Assembly: GCF_000195755.1 (NCBI RefSeq)
Contig: NC_002937.3
Location: forward strand, 3,330,001-3,362,000
Reading direction: 5' to 3'
Length of the DNA stretch: 32,000 nucleotides
From: Nitratidesulfovibrio vulgaris str. Hildenborough
GTDB taxonomy: Bacteria > Desulfobacterota > Desulfovibrionia > Desulfovibrionales > Desulfovibrionaceae
Shown: positions 8,134-16,149 of the stretch, in pieces
Layout of the letters: each line of letters opens with the position of its first letter
Position numbering within the stretch: position 1 is the stretch's first letter
The notes under the pieces: generated by a model
What the model was told of the DNA's origin: nothing
The model's input: only the letters and a program-made list of their open reading frames with translations
Databases searched by the model: none
Position numbers and translations under genes: made by a program

Positions 8134-11115
8134 ATGCTACGGCGTATTGAAGTTGGACTGCGGCCGCAGGTGACCGACACCGTGGGCCGCAAGGTCGCTG
8201 CCAAGATTCACGAATCCCTCGGCCTCGACGCAGGCGATGTGCGGCTGGTCAAGGTATTCACCATCGACGGCCTTGATGCGGCGCAACTCGAGACCGTCGT
8301 GCGTGAGGCCGTCCTGTTCGACCCCGTGTTGCAGCACGCCTCGCTCGACCCGCTGGACAGCGATGCCGACTGGGTGCTCGAAGTGGGCTTCCGCCCCGGC
8401 GTCACCGACAACGAGGGACGCACCGCGCGCGACACGCTCGCACTCGTGCTCGGCATCGCCGACCGCCGCTCCATCGCCGTGTACACGGCCAACCAGTACC
8501 ACCTGCATTGCGGTCTCGACCGCGCCGCCGTCGAGCGCATCGCGCGCGACCTGCTCGCCAACGAACTCATCCAGCGCTACGCGCTCAAGAGCCGCGAAGA
8601 ATGGGCGGCAAGCCCCGGCTTCCCCGCGCAGGCGGCACAGGTCACGGGCGCACGCAACGACGAGGTGGCCGTCATCCCACTGCTTTCCATGAGCGACGAT
8701 GAACTCATGGCCTTCAGCCGCGCCAACACCCTCGCCCTCAGCCTCGAAGAGATGCACGCCATCCGCGCCTACTACCAGCGCGACGACGTGCGCGCCGCCC
8801 GTGCCGCCGAAGGGTTGCCCGCCGACCCCACCGACGCCGAAGTCGAGGCACTGGCGCAGACATGGTCGGAGCACTGCAAGCACAAGATATTCTCTTCGCG
8901 CATCGACTACGAGAACCGCGAGACCGGACGCCGCGAGACCATCGACAGTCTCTTCAAGTCCTGCATCCAGGACACCACGAAGACCATCCGCGCCCGTCTC
9001 GGCGACAAGGACTTCTGCCGTTCGGTGTTCAAGGACAACGCGGGCGTCATCGCCTTCAACGACACGCATGACATCTGCATCAAGGTCGAGACGCACAACA
9101 GCCCCTCGGCCCTCGACCCCTACGGCGGTGCGCTCACCGGCATCGTGGGTGTCAACCGCGACCCCATGGGCACGGGCATGGGTGCCAACCTCGTCTGTAA
9201 CACCGACGTGTTCTGCTTCGCCTCGCCCTTCTGGGAAGGTGAACTGCCCCCGCGCCTGCTGCACCCCCGCCGCGTGCTTGAAGGCGTCCGCGAAGGCGTG
9301 GAACATGGCGGCAACAAGTCGGGCATTCCCACCGTCAACGGTTCCATCGTGTTCGAGGACCGCTACCTCGGCAAGCCGCTGGTCTATTGCGGCACGGTGG
9401 GCATGATTCCCGCGCAGGTCGCAGGCAAGCCCGGCTACACCAAGGAGGCGCGTCCCGGCGACGCCATCGTCATGGTGGGCGGCCGCATCGGCAAGGACGG
9501 CATCCACGGCGCGACCTTCTCCTCCGAAGAACTGCATGAGGGCTCCCCCGCCACGGCAGTGCAGATTGGCGACCCCATCACCCAGCGCAAGATGTACGAC
9601 TGCATCATGCGCGCCCGTGACATGGGCCTCTACACCGCCATCACCGACAACGGTGCGGGCGGCCTCTCGTCGTCCGTGGGCGAGATGGCGCAGGACACGG
9701 GCGGCTGCCGCCTCGACCTCGCCCGCGCGCCCCTGAAGTACGACGGTCTGCGCCCGTGGGAGATTCTGCTCTCCGAAGCGCAGGAGCGCATGACCCTCGC
9801 CGTGCCGCAGGACAAGCTCGAAGCCTTCATGCGGCTCGCCTCCGAGATGGACGTGGAGGCTACGGTACTCGGCGAATTCACCGACTCCGGCTACTTCCAC
9901 ATCACCTTCGGTGACAGGCAGGTGGCCTATCTCGACATGGACTTCCTGCACGACGGCGTGCCGCAGTTGCAGCTGAAGGCCGTGTGGGAACGCCCCGCCC
10001 ACCCCGAAGGGCGCATCGACCTGCCCGAAGAGGAACAGGGCCCGTTCCTGCGGCGCATGATGGGTTCGCTCAACATCTGCAGCAAAGAATATGTCATCCG
10101 CCAGTACGACCATGAGGTGAAGGGCGGCAGCGTGGTGAAGCCCCTCGTGGGCGTGAAACGCGATGGCCCCGCCGACGCAGCCGTGGTGCGCCCCCTGCTG
10201 GACAGCGAGTCGGGCATCGTGCTCTCGCACGGCATCTGCCCCAAGTTCAGCGACTACGACGCCTACTGGATGATGGCCAACGCCATCGACGAGGCCGTGC
10301 GCAACGCGGTTGCCGTGGGCGGCGACCCCGACTTCATGTCCGGCGTCGACAACTTCTGCTGGTGCGACCCCGTGCAGTCCGATAAGACCCCCGACGGGCA
10401 CTACAAGCTGGCGCAACTGGTGCGCGCCAATCGCGCCCTAGAGCACTTCTGCCTCGCCTACGGTGTGCCCTGCGTCTCGGGCAAGGACTCCATGAAGAAC
10501 GACTACACCGGCGGCGGCACCAAGATATCCATACCGCCCACGGTGCTCTTCTCGGTCATGGGCGTCATCGACGACGTGAACCGCACCGTAACCTCCGACT
10601 TCAAGCGCGCAGGTGAGCGCATCTACCTGCTTGGCCTCACCCGCCGCGAGATGGCCGGCAGCGAAGCGGCACAGGTTCTTGGCATCTCCTGCGCCGACGT
10701 GCCGCAGGTCGACGCCCCCGCCGCCCTGGCCCGGTATCGTGCCCTTTACGGTGCCATCCGCGCCGGGCTTGTCACCGCGTGTCACGACCTCTCCGACGGC
10801 GGTCTTGCCGTGGCCCTTGCCGAGATGTGCCTCGGCGGGCGTCTCGGGGCCCGATGCGACCTCGCCCGCGTGCCTGTCTGCGGCGACATGACAACCACCG
10901 AACTCCTGTACAGCGAGTCGGCCAGCCGCCTGCTGGTCTCCGTGCGTCCTGCCGACGCCGACGCCTTCGAAGCGGCCTTCGCCGGTCAGCATTACGCCTG
11001 CGTCGGCGAAGTGACAGCCGACGGCAGACTGACCCTCGAGACCAAGGGCACCGCCATCGTCTCTGAAGAGGTGGAGGCACTCGCCACCGCCTTCAAGGCG
11101 ACCCTCGACTGGTAG
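8134..11115 (+). CDS. purL: Phosphoribosylformylglycinamidine synthase, PurL with a fused tandem PurS-like N-terminus (PurSL type)
   Basis: ATG 8134 is preceded by AGGAG (8123-8127). PurL/AIR-synthase-type motifs include HCKHKIF, ETHNSPSALDPYGGA, DNGAGGLSS and SGKDSM. The N-terminal ~190 aa is an internal duplication (EVGLRPQVTDTVGRK / EVGFRPGVTDNEGRT). There is no glutaminase (PurQ) domain. Confidence 0.92.
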   Translation: MLRRIEVGLRPQVTDTVGRKVAAKIHESLGLDAGDVRLVKVFTIDGLDAAQLETVVREAVLFDPVLQHASLDPLDSDADWVLEVGFRPGVTDNEGRTARDTLALVLGIADRRSIAVYTANQYHLHCGLDRAAVERIARDLLANELIQRYALKSREEWAASPGFPAQAAQVTGARNDEVAVIPLLSMSDDELMAFSRANTLALSLEEMHAIRAYYQRDDVRAARAAEGLPADPTDAEVEALAQTWSEHCKHKIFSSRIDYENRETGRRETIDSLFKSCIQDTTKTIRARLGDKDFCRSVFKDNAGVIAFNDTHDICIKVETHNSPSALDPYGGALTGIVGVNRDPMGTGMGANLVCNTDVFCFASPFWEGELPPRLLHPRRVLEGVREGVEHGGNKSGIPTVNGSIVFEDRYLGKPLVYCGTVGMIPAQVAGKPGYTKEARPGDAIVMVGGRIGKDGIHGATFSSEELHEGSPATAVQIGDPITQRKMYDCIMRARDMGLYTAITDNGAGGLSSSVGEMAQDTGGCRLDLARAPLKYDGLRPWEILLSEAQERMTLAVPQDKLEAFMRLASEMDVEATVLGEFTDSGYFHITFGDRQVAYLDMDFLHDGVPQLQLKAVWERPAHPEGRIDLPEEEQGPFLRRMMGSLNICSKEYVIRQYDHEVKGGSVVKPLVGVKRDGPADAAVVRPLLDSESGIVLSHGICPKFSDYDAYWMMANAIDEAVRNAVAVGGDPDFMSGVDNFCWCDPVQSDKTPDGHYKLAQLVRANRALEHFCLAYGVPCVSGKDSMKNDYTGGGTKISIPPTVLFSVMGVIDDVNRTVTSDFKRAGERIYLLGLTRREMAGSEAAQVLGISCADVPQVDAPAALARYRALYGAIRAGLVTACHDLSDGGLAVALAEMCLGGRLGARCDLARVPVCGDMTTTELLYSESASRLLVSVRPADADAFEAAFAGQHYACVGEVTADGRLTLETKGTAIVSEEVEALATAFKATLDW

Positions 11116-11142
11116 CCCGCTGGCACACCACACCATCGACAA

Positions 11143-11179
11143 CGAGGCCCGCAGCACTTTGCTGCGGGCCTCGTCTTTT
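11143..11179 (+). terminator. Rho-independent terminator after purL
   Basis: CGAGGCCCGCAGC (11143-11155) pairs perfectly (13 bp) with GCTGCGGGCCTCG (11161-11173) around a 5-nt loop. TCTTTT follows. Confidence 0.85.
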
Positions 11180-11252
11180 GCAACATACCGCCACGGCGGG
11201 TCGCAACTGTCTCTGGGGCGTCCGATGCTTCTCACGCACTGCGCTTGCAGCA

Positions 11253-11285
11253 CCTCTGCCCCATGTCTGCAACACAGGGCAGAGG
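11253..11285 (+). other. 9-bp perfect hairpin in the long dcrA upstream region
   Basis: CCTCTGCCC (11253-11261) pairs with GGGCAGAGG (11277-11285) around a 15-nt loop. No T-tract follows. Function unknown. Confidence 0.4.
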
Positions 11286-11455
11286 CTTCATGCACCGTCA
11301 TATCCGGACATGTTCCAGAAGTTACCCACGCAACATGACTGCCACTGGACGTATCTGCCACCACCGTCTGTGTTGTCTTCTCGCCCTGCGCACTCCTGCA
11401 GACTCTTCATGCGGGCACATTGTACGCGAACCCAATCGTAATACACCGGAGATGG

Positions 11456-11484
11456 TTGATAAGTTATCCGATTGCACATAGGGT
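11456..11484 (+). promoter_or_regulatory. Candidate sigma70-type promoter for dcrA
   Basis: TTGATA (11456-11461), a 17-nt spacer, then TAGGGT (11479-11484), located in the least GC-rich part of the 400-bp spacer. Pattern match only. Confidence 0.25.
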
Positions 11485-11576
11485 CGTTACGGATTTCCGG
11501 GTCTGGACCATGGGCGGGCATCTCGCTGCCATCCCGGAATCGCCAACGGCACACCAGTCGCAGTCCCGGAGGTACC

Positions 11577-13586
11577 ATGTCGACGCAACGCTCGCTCGGC
11601 ACCAAGGTCATGCTCCTTGTGAGCGGCATCTCGCTTTTCGTCTACCTCATCCTCGCCGTACTCACCTCGTACTGGCAGCGGCAATCCGCCCTGACCCTCA
11701 TCGACAGCGGTGCCGTGCGCGCCTCTGAACTGCTGCTTGATGCCATCGCCGACCCCATGTCCAAGGGCAACGACACAGGTACGACCGAGAAGTTCGACGC
11801 CATCGCCAGACGTTACGCCGACATTCGCGCGTACATGACGGACTTCAGGGGCAACATCACCTACTCCACCTCAAAGGATGTGCTGCGGCGCGACCTCGCT
11901 GACGTGGTGCAGGCACCTGCCCTGCTCGACAAGTTCAATGCCGCGCTCAAGACCGACAGCCGCGAAGAGCAGCTTGCCACCATCGACGGCATGGCGTTCT
12001 ACGCCACCATCCGGTCCATACCCAACGCACCAGAATGTCACCACTGCCATGGACGCAGCCAGCCCATCCTCGGTACGCTCGTCATGCTGCAGGACGTCAC
12101 CCCTGCCATGAGTGAGCTGCGTCTGCACCAGTACGAGACCGTGGGGCTTTCCGTGGGCGGTCTGCTCTTGCTGGTGGGCGTGCTGTCGCTCTTCATGCGA
12201 CGCGCCGTCATCTCGCGGGTACAGCGCATCGCCGCCGTAAGCGGACAGATTGAACAGGGCGACTACAGCGTGAGCTTCGAGCATGACGGCAACGACGAAC
12301 TCACACGGCTCAACGCCAACCTCGCCAGCATGGTCACGACCATACGCGACCAGATGCAGTACAACCGCTCGGTGCTCGAAGGCATCATCGTCCCGCTTGC
12401 CGTGGTCGACGCCAGAAACCGCATCGAATTCATCAACCAGCCCATGTGCACCATCGTCAGCACAGCCTGCCATGAATACTCGGGCAAGGATTTTTCCGCG
12501 TTCATGCAACAGGGCGGCGTCGAGGAGGACATCACCGCCACCGTCCTGAAAGGCGGGAACAACCAGCAGGGCAACATCAGCTACCGCCGCGACGACGGCA
12601 CCGTCTTCCCCCTGCACTACGAGGTCTCGCCGCTGCGCGATGACAGGGGGGCCGTGAACGGCGCCATCGCCGTCATCATCGACCTGACGCAAGAGGAGGA
12701 GGCGCGGCGCCGCATCGAGGAACAGCGCATCAACCTGTTGCGTGTCGCCGACGAGGTGACGGGCGTGGCCGAGACGCTGGTGCGTGCCGCCGAGGCTTTG
12801 GTCACACGCATGGGCGAACTCGAGCGCGACGCCACAGAGGCAGCCTCCGAGACCACGCAGGTGGCTACCGCCATGGAGGAGATGAACGTCACCGTCACCG
12901 AGGTGGCACGCAACGCCTCCAGCACCGCCGAGATGGCCGACCTCGCCAATGGCGAGGCCCAGTCGGGCGGTACGGAGATGGCCAACACCGTGCGCGAGAC
13001 GCGACAGGTGGCCCAGCGCACCGAAGACCTCGCCGAATCGCTGCATGAACTGGCACGCAGGGCGGACAACATCGGGCGCGTCATCGAGGTCATCAACGAA
13101 ATCGCCGACCAGACCAACCTGCTGGCACTCAACGCCGCCATCGAGGCCGCCCGTGCAGGAGATGCCGGACGCGGCTTCGCCGTGGTGGCCGACGAGGTCC
13201 GCAAACTGGCCGAGAAGACCATGGTGGCCACACGCGAAGTGGAACAGGCCATCGCGGCCATCCAGCAGGGCAGCAACGACGCCGTCGAGGTCATGACCGA
13301 GACCCGGCAGCAGGTCGAAGTGACGGCAGGCAAGGCCGAGGACACCGGCAAGGTTCTCTCGGGCATCGTGGGCAGGGCCGAAAGCATCGCCGACATGGTG
13401 CGCAACATCGCCACCGCGTCGGAACAGCAGTCGTCCACCAGCGACGAAATCAACCGCAACGTCACCCGCATCAACGACCTCACCGAAGGCATCCAGAGAC
13501 GGGTGCGGGAAGCAGGCGATGCCATCCGGCAGGTCGAGGGCATGGCCCAGAGGCTTGAGGCCCTCGTCGACGGTTTCCGCAAATAA
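11577..13586 (+). CDS. dcrA: Methyl-accepting chemotaxis protein with a periplasmic c-type haem motif (DcrA-like redox/oxygen sensor)
   Basis: ATG 11577 is preceded by GGAGG (11568-11572). The domain order is a TM helix ([19 protein letters not shown]), a periplasmic domain with CHHCH (12036-12050), a second TM, a HAMP-like segment, a PAS-like segment, and an MCP signalling domain with the conserved hairpin [39 protein letters not shown]. Length 669 aa. Confidence 0.9.
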   Translation: MSTQRSLGTKVMLLVSGISLFVYLILAVLTSYWQRQSALTLIDSGAVRASELLLDAIADPMSKGNDTGTTEKFDAIARRYADIRAYMTDFRGNITYSTSKDVLRRDLADVVQAPALLDKFNAALKTDSREEQLATIDGMAFYATIRSIPNAPECHHCHGRSQPILGTLVMLQDVTPAMSELRLHQYETVGLSVGGLLLLVGVLSLFMRRAVISRVQRIAAVSGQIEQGDYSVSFEHDGNDELTRLNANLASMVTTIRDQMQYNRSVLEGIIVPLAVVDARNRIEFINQPMCTIVSTACHEYSGKDFSAFMQQGGVEEDITATVLKGGNNQQGNISYRRDDGTVFPLHYEVSPLRDDRGAVNGAIAVIIDLTQEEEARRRIEEQRINLLRVADEVTGVAETLVRAAEALVTRMGELERDATEAASETTQVATAMEEMNVTVTEVARNASSTAEMADLANGEAQSGGTEMANTVRETRQVAQRTEDLAESLHELARRADNIGRVIEVINEIADQTNLLALNAAIEAARAGDAGRGFAVVADEVRKLAEKTMVATREVEQAIAAIQQGSNDAVEVMTETRQQVEVTAGKAEDTGKVLSGIVGRAESIADMVRNIATASEQQSSTSDEINRNVTRINDLTEGIQRRVREAGDAIRQVEGMAQRLEALVDGFRK

Positions 13587-13610
13587 CCGGTCCACAGGCC
13601 ACGACAGCAC

Positions 13611-13640
13611 AAGGGGCACGCTCGACGCGTGCCCCTTTCG
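13611..13640 (+). terminator. Probable terminator after dcrA
   Basis: AAGGGGCACGC (13611-13621) pairs perfectly (11 bp) with GCGTGCCCCTT (13627-13637) around a 5-nt loop. The T-tract is short (TTT). Confidence 0.55.
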
Positions 13641-13855
13641 CATCACGGGCCCGGTTTCGCGCGGGCGATGACGCGCCATGGCAACGCCCCCGTGACGTGA
13701 CACCGGAGACATACCATCGCATGAGAGGGCATACTGTGCCTGAAAAGTGAATCACCCCGGACACATCTTTCCGCTCATGGGCTGGACAAGCCCAGATTAG
13801 GATTTACTCGTAAAAAATCACGCCGGTCATTGAACAGACCGCCGACATGCTGTAC

Positions 13856-13873
13856 ACAGGTATAAACAGGTAT
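13856..13873 (+). repeat. Tandem 10-bp-period direct repeat ACAGGTAT(AA)ACAGGTAT upstream of rbo
   Basis: ACAGGTAT occurs at 13856-13863 and again at 13866-13873, inside an AT-rich island about 55-70 nt upstream of the rbo ATG. It contains the -10-like TATAAA (13861-13866). Confidence 0.6.
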
Positions 13874-13926
13874 TTCCGGCGGCCATTCCCGCCTTTCAGA
13901 CCACCGACAACGAACATGGAGGCCCC

Positions 13927-14307
13927 ATGCCCAACCAGTACGAAATCTACAAATGCATCCACTGTGGCAACATCGTCGAAGTCCTGCATGCTGGCGGCGG
14001 CGACCTCGTGTGCTGCGGCGAACCCATGAAGCTCATGAAGGAAGGCACTTCTGACGGGGCCAAGGAAAAGCACGTGCCGGTCATCGAGAAGACCGCCAAC
14101 GGCTACAAGGTCACCGTCGGTTCCGTGGCCCACCCCATGGAAGAGAAGCACTGGATCGAATGGATTGAGCTTGTCGCAGACGGTGTGAGCTACAAGAAGT
14201 TCCTGAAGCCCGGCGATGCGCCCGAAGCCGAGTTCTGCATCAAGGCCGACAAGGTCGTCGCCCGCGAATACTGCAACCTGCACGGCCACTGGAAGGCCGA
14301 AGCCTAA
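13927..14307 (+). CDS. rbo: Desulfoferrodoxin (2Fe superoxide reductase; Rbo/Dfx)
   Basis: 126 aa, with GGAGG 5 nt upstream. The centre I cysteines are C-x2-C...CC (CIHCGN..LVCCGEP). The centre II ligands are KHVPV, HPMEEKH and CNLHGHW. It matches the D. vulgaris protein as I remember it. Confidence 0.97.
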   Translation: MPNQYEIYKCIHCGNIVEVLHAGGGDLVCCGEPMKLMKEGTSDGAKEKHVPVIEKTANGYKVTVGSVAHPMEEKHWIEWIELVADGVSYKKFLKPGDAPEAEFCIKADKVVAREYCNLHGHWKAEA

Positions 14308-14323
14308 CCCCGAGGAATCCACG

Positions 14324-14482
14324 ATGAAAAAGTACGTATGCACCGTCTGCGGTTACGAATACGACCCTGCTGAAGGCGACCCCGACAACGGCGTGAAGCC
14401 CGGCACCTCGTTCGACGACCTGCCGGCCGACTGGGTATGCCCCGTGTGCGGCGCCCCCAAGAGCGAATTCGAAGCCGCCTAG
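14324..14482 (+). CDS. rub: Rubredoxin
   Basis: ATG 14324 lies within the 88-aa track [55 protein letters not shown] is 52 aa with two CxxCG knuckles. It is identical to the D. vulgaris Hildenborough rubredoxin as I recall it. Confidence 0.97.
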   Translation: MKKYVCTVCGYEYDPAEGDPDNGVKPGTSFDDLPADWVCPVCGAPKSEFEAA

Positions 14483-14497
14483 TAAGCGCTTTCCATG

Positions 14498-14546
14498 ACG
14501 CCGCCGCCGGTTGCCCGTACGGGTTGCCCGCGGCGGCGTTTCTTCG
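14498..14546 (+). terminator. Terminator or attenuator hairpin between rub and roo
   Basis: ACGCCGCCGCCGG (14498-14510) pairs with CCCGCGGCGGCGT (14527-14539), 12 of 13 bp. There is an inner CCC/GGG stem. TTTCTTC follows. Confidence 0.7.
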
Positions 14547-14613
14547 TATAGGGGGGTCATCAGCCCCTCTCCATAGCCACACCGCCCCCCGGCGCGCAAC
14601 ACACGAGGAACCC

Positions 14614-15822
14614 ATGCATCCTATCGAAATCAAAAAGGATATATTCTGGGTCGGCGTCGTCGACCACAACAGCCGCGACTTCCACGGCTATTCGCTTTCC
14701 CCGCAGGGCACGACCTACAACGCCTATGTGGTCAAGGACGAGAAGACCGTGCTGTTCGACACCGTCAAGCACGACTTCACCGACACCATGCTCTGCCGTC
14801 TCTCGCGCGTGGTGGAACCCTGCAAGATAGACTACATCGTCTGCAACCACCTCGAACCAGACCACGCCGGTGCCCTGCCCGAACTGATAGCCCGCTGCAA
14901 GCCCGAGAAGATCTTCTGCTCGCCCATGGGCCTGAAGGCCATGGAAGCCCACTTCGACACCACCGGGTGGCCTGTCGAAGTGGTCAAGACGGGCGATTCC
15001 ATCTCCATCGGCAAGCGCACCATCCATTTCGTCGAGACGCGGATGCTCCACTGGCCCGATAGCATGGTGTCGTACATCCCCGAAGACAAGCTTCTCATCT
15101 GCAACGACGCCTTCGGCCAGAACATCGCCTCCACCGAACGCTACGCCGACGAGATCGACCGCTCAGCCCTGTTCCACGCCATGAAGGAGTACTACCACAA
15201 CATCGTACTGCCCTTCTCGCCCATCGTCCTCAAGACACTGGCGCAGATCGAACAGCTCGGCCTCGACATCGACATGCTGGCCCCCGACCACGGGCTCATC
15301 TTCCGTGGCTATGACGATGTGAAGTACGCCCTCGACACCTACCGCATCTTCGCGGAGCAGAAGCCGCAGAAGCGCGCCGTCATCGTGTACGACACCATGT
15401 GGCACAGCACCGAGAAGATGGCCTCCGCCATCGCCGAAGGGCTGGAGTCCGTGGGCGTGCCCACCCGCGTCATGTGGCTCAAGGCCAACCACCACAGCGC
15501 GGTCATGACCGAACTGGCCGACTGCGGTGCCGTGCTCGTGGGTTCGCCCACGCACAACAACGGCATTCTTCCCGCCGTTGCCGCCATGCTCACCTACATG
15601 AAGGGATTGCGCCCCCAGAACCGCATCGGTGCGGCTTTCGGCTCGTTCGGCTGGTCTGGCGAATCGGTGAAGAGCATCACCGAATGGCTGCAATCCATGG
15701 GCATGGAAACCCCGGTGGACCCGGTGAAGGTCAAGCACGTGCCCACGCACGACACCTACCGCCAGTGCTTCGAAATGGGGCAGGCAGTGGGCCGCGCCCT
15801 CATCGAAAAGTGCGGGGGGTAG
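14614..15822 (+). CDS. roo: Rubredoxin:oxygen oxidoreductase (flavodiiron protein, class A)
   Basis: ATG 14614 (MHPIEIKKDIFWVGVVD..) lies inside the 461-aa track ORF. Length 402 aa. It has a metallo-beta-lactamase-like diiron motif (NHLEPDHAG) and a C-terminal flavodoxin-like domain (VIVYDTMWHSTEKMA, GSPTHNNG). Confidence 0.95.
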   Translation: MHPIEIKKDIFWVGVVDHNSRDFHGYSLSPQGTTYNAYVVKDEKTVLFDTVKHDFTDTMLCRLSRVVEPCKIDYIVCNHLEPDHAGALPELIARCKPEKIFCSPMGLKAMEAHFDTTGWPVEVVKTGDSISIGKRTIHFVETRMLHWPDSMVSYIPEDKLLICNDAFGQNIASTERYADEIDRSALFHAMKEYYHNIVLPFSPIVLKTLAQIEQLGLDIDMLAPDHGLIFRGYDDVKYALDTYRIFAEQKPQKRAVIVYDTMWHSTEKMASAIAEGLESVGVPTRVMWLKANHHSAVMTELADCGAVLVGSPTHNNGILPAVAAMLTYMKGLRPQNRIGAAFGSFGWSGESVKSITEWLQSMGMETPVDPVKVKHVPTHDTYRQCFEMGQAVGRALIEKCGG

Positions 15823-15859
15823 CTGACGCTACGCATCGTCCATACCGTATGCATACAGG

Positions 15860-15894
15860 AAGGCACCGGGCGCAATCGTCCGGTGCCTTCTTTG
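15860..15894 (+). terminator. Rho-independent terminator after roo
   Basis: AAGGCACCGG (15860-15869) pairs perfectly (10 bp) with CCGGTGCCTT (15880-15889). The stem can be extended by inner pairs. The T-tract TTCTTTG follows. Confidence 0.8.
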
Positions 15895-15950
15895 CTGGCA
15901 TGGAGGGCGAATGCCGAGGCGACCCAACCTGTAAGGCAAGTGAACTCGTG

Positions 15951-16066
15951 GCCCGGAATGGGGCACATCACGTCTTCACGCCGCGCAAGTCCCTTGAGTG
16001 ACTAGCCACACGGCAATCACTCAGGCGAACCAAACCCGGCGGAGACGTACATGCCAGGAATGGGGC
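15951..16066. repeat. Intergenic element consisting of a 14-nt direct repeat, a 79-nt imperfect hairpin and a second 14-nt direct repeat (REP/MITE-like or sRNA-like; function unknown)
   Basis: GCCCGGAATGGGGC (15951-15964) and GCCAGGAATGGGGC (16053-16066) match at 13 of 14 positions. The outer stem pairs 15970-15975 with 16043-16048 and 15979-15983 with 16037-16041. The inner stem pairs 15993-16001 with 16017-16025 (one G-U), leaving a 15-nt apical loop. The element lies between convergent gene ends. Confidence 0.4.
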
Positions 16067-16149
16067 TGGCAGACCACAGACTGGAGACGGGTTGGCAATG
16101 GCCTGTGACCGACGGGGCAGCCGTAAAACGAGGCGGGTACAAGACGGAG

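Noticed and set aside
8137-10416. 759-aa minus-strand ORF opposite purL
   Set aside because: It is antisense to a highly conserved enzyme gene. The protein is Gly/Ala/Val/His/Asp-rich without motifs. It is a GC3-driven shadow ORF.
11871-13712. 613-aa minus-strand ORF opposite dcrA
   Set aside because: It is antisense to the MCP gene, which has the conserved signalling hairpin. No features of its own.
15900-16001. 33-codon ORF (MEGECRGDPTCKASELVARNGAHHVFTPRKSLE) downstream of roo
   Set aside because: There is no SD. It starts inside the roo terminator tail and overlaps the repeat/hairpin element, so it is more likely non-coding.
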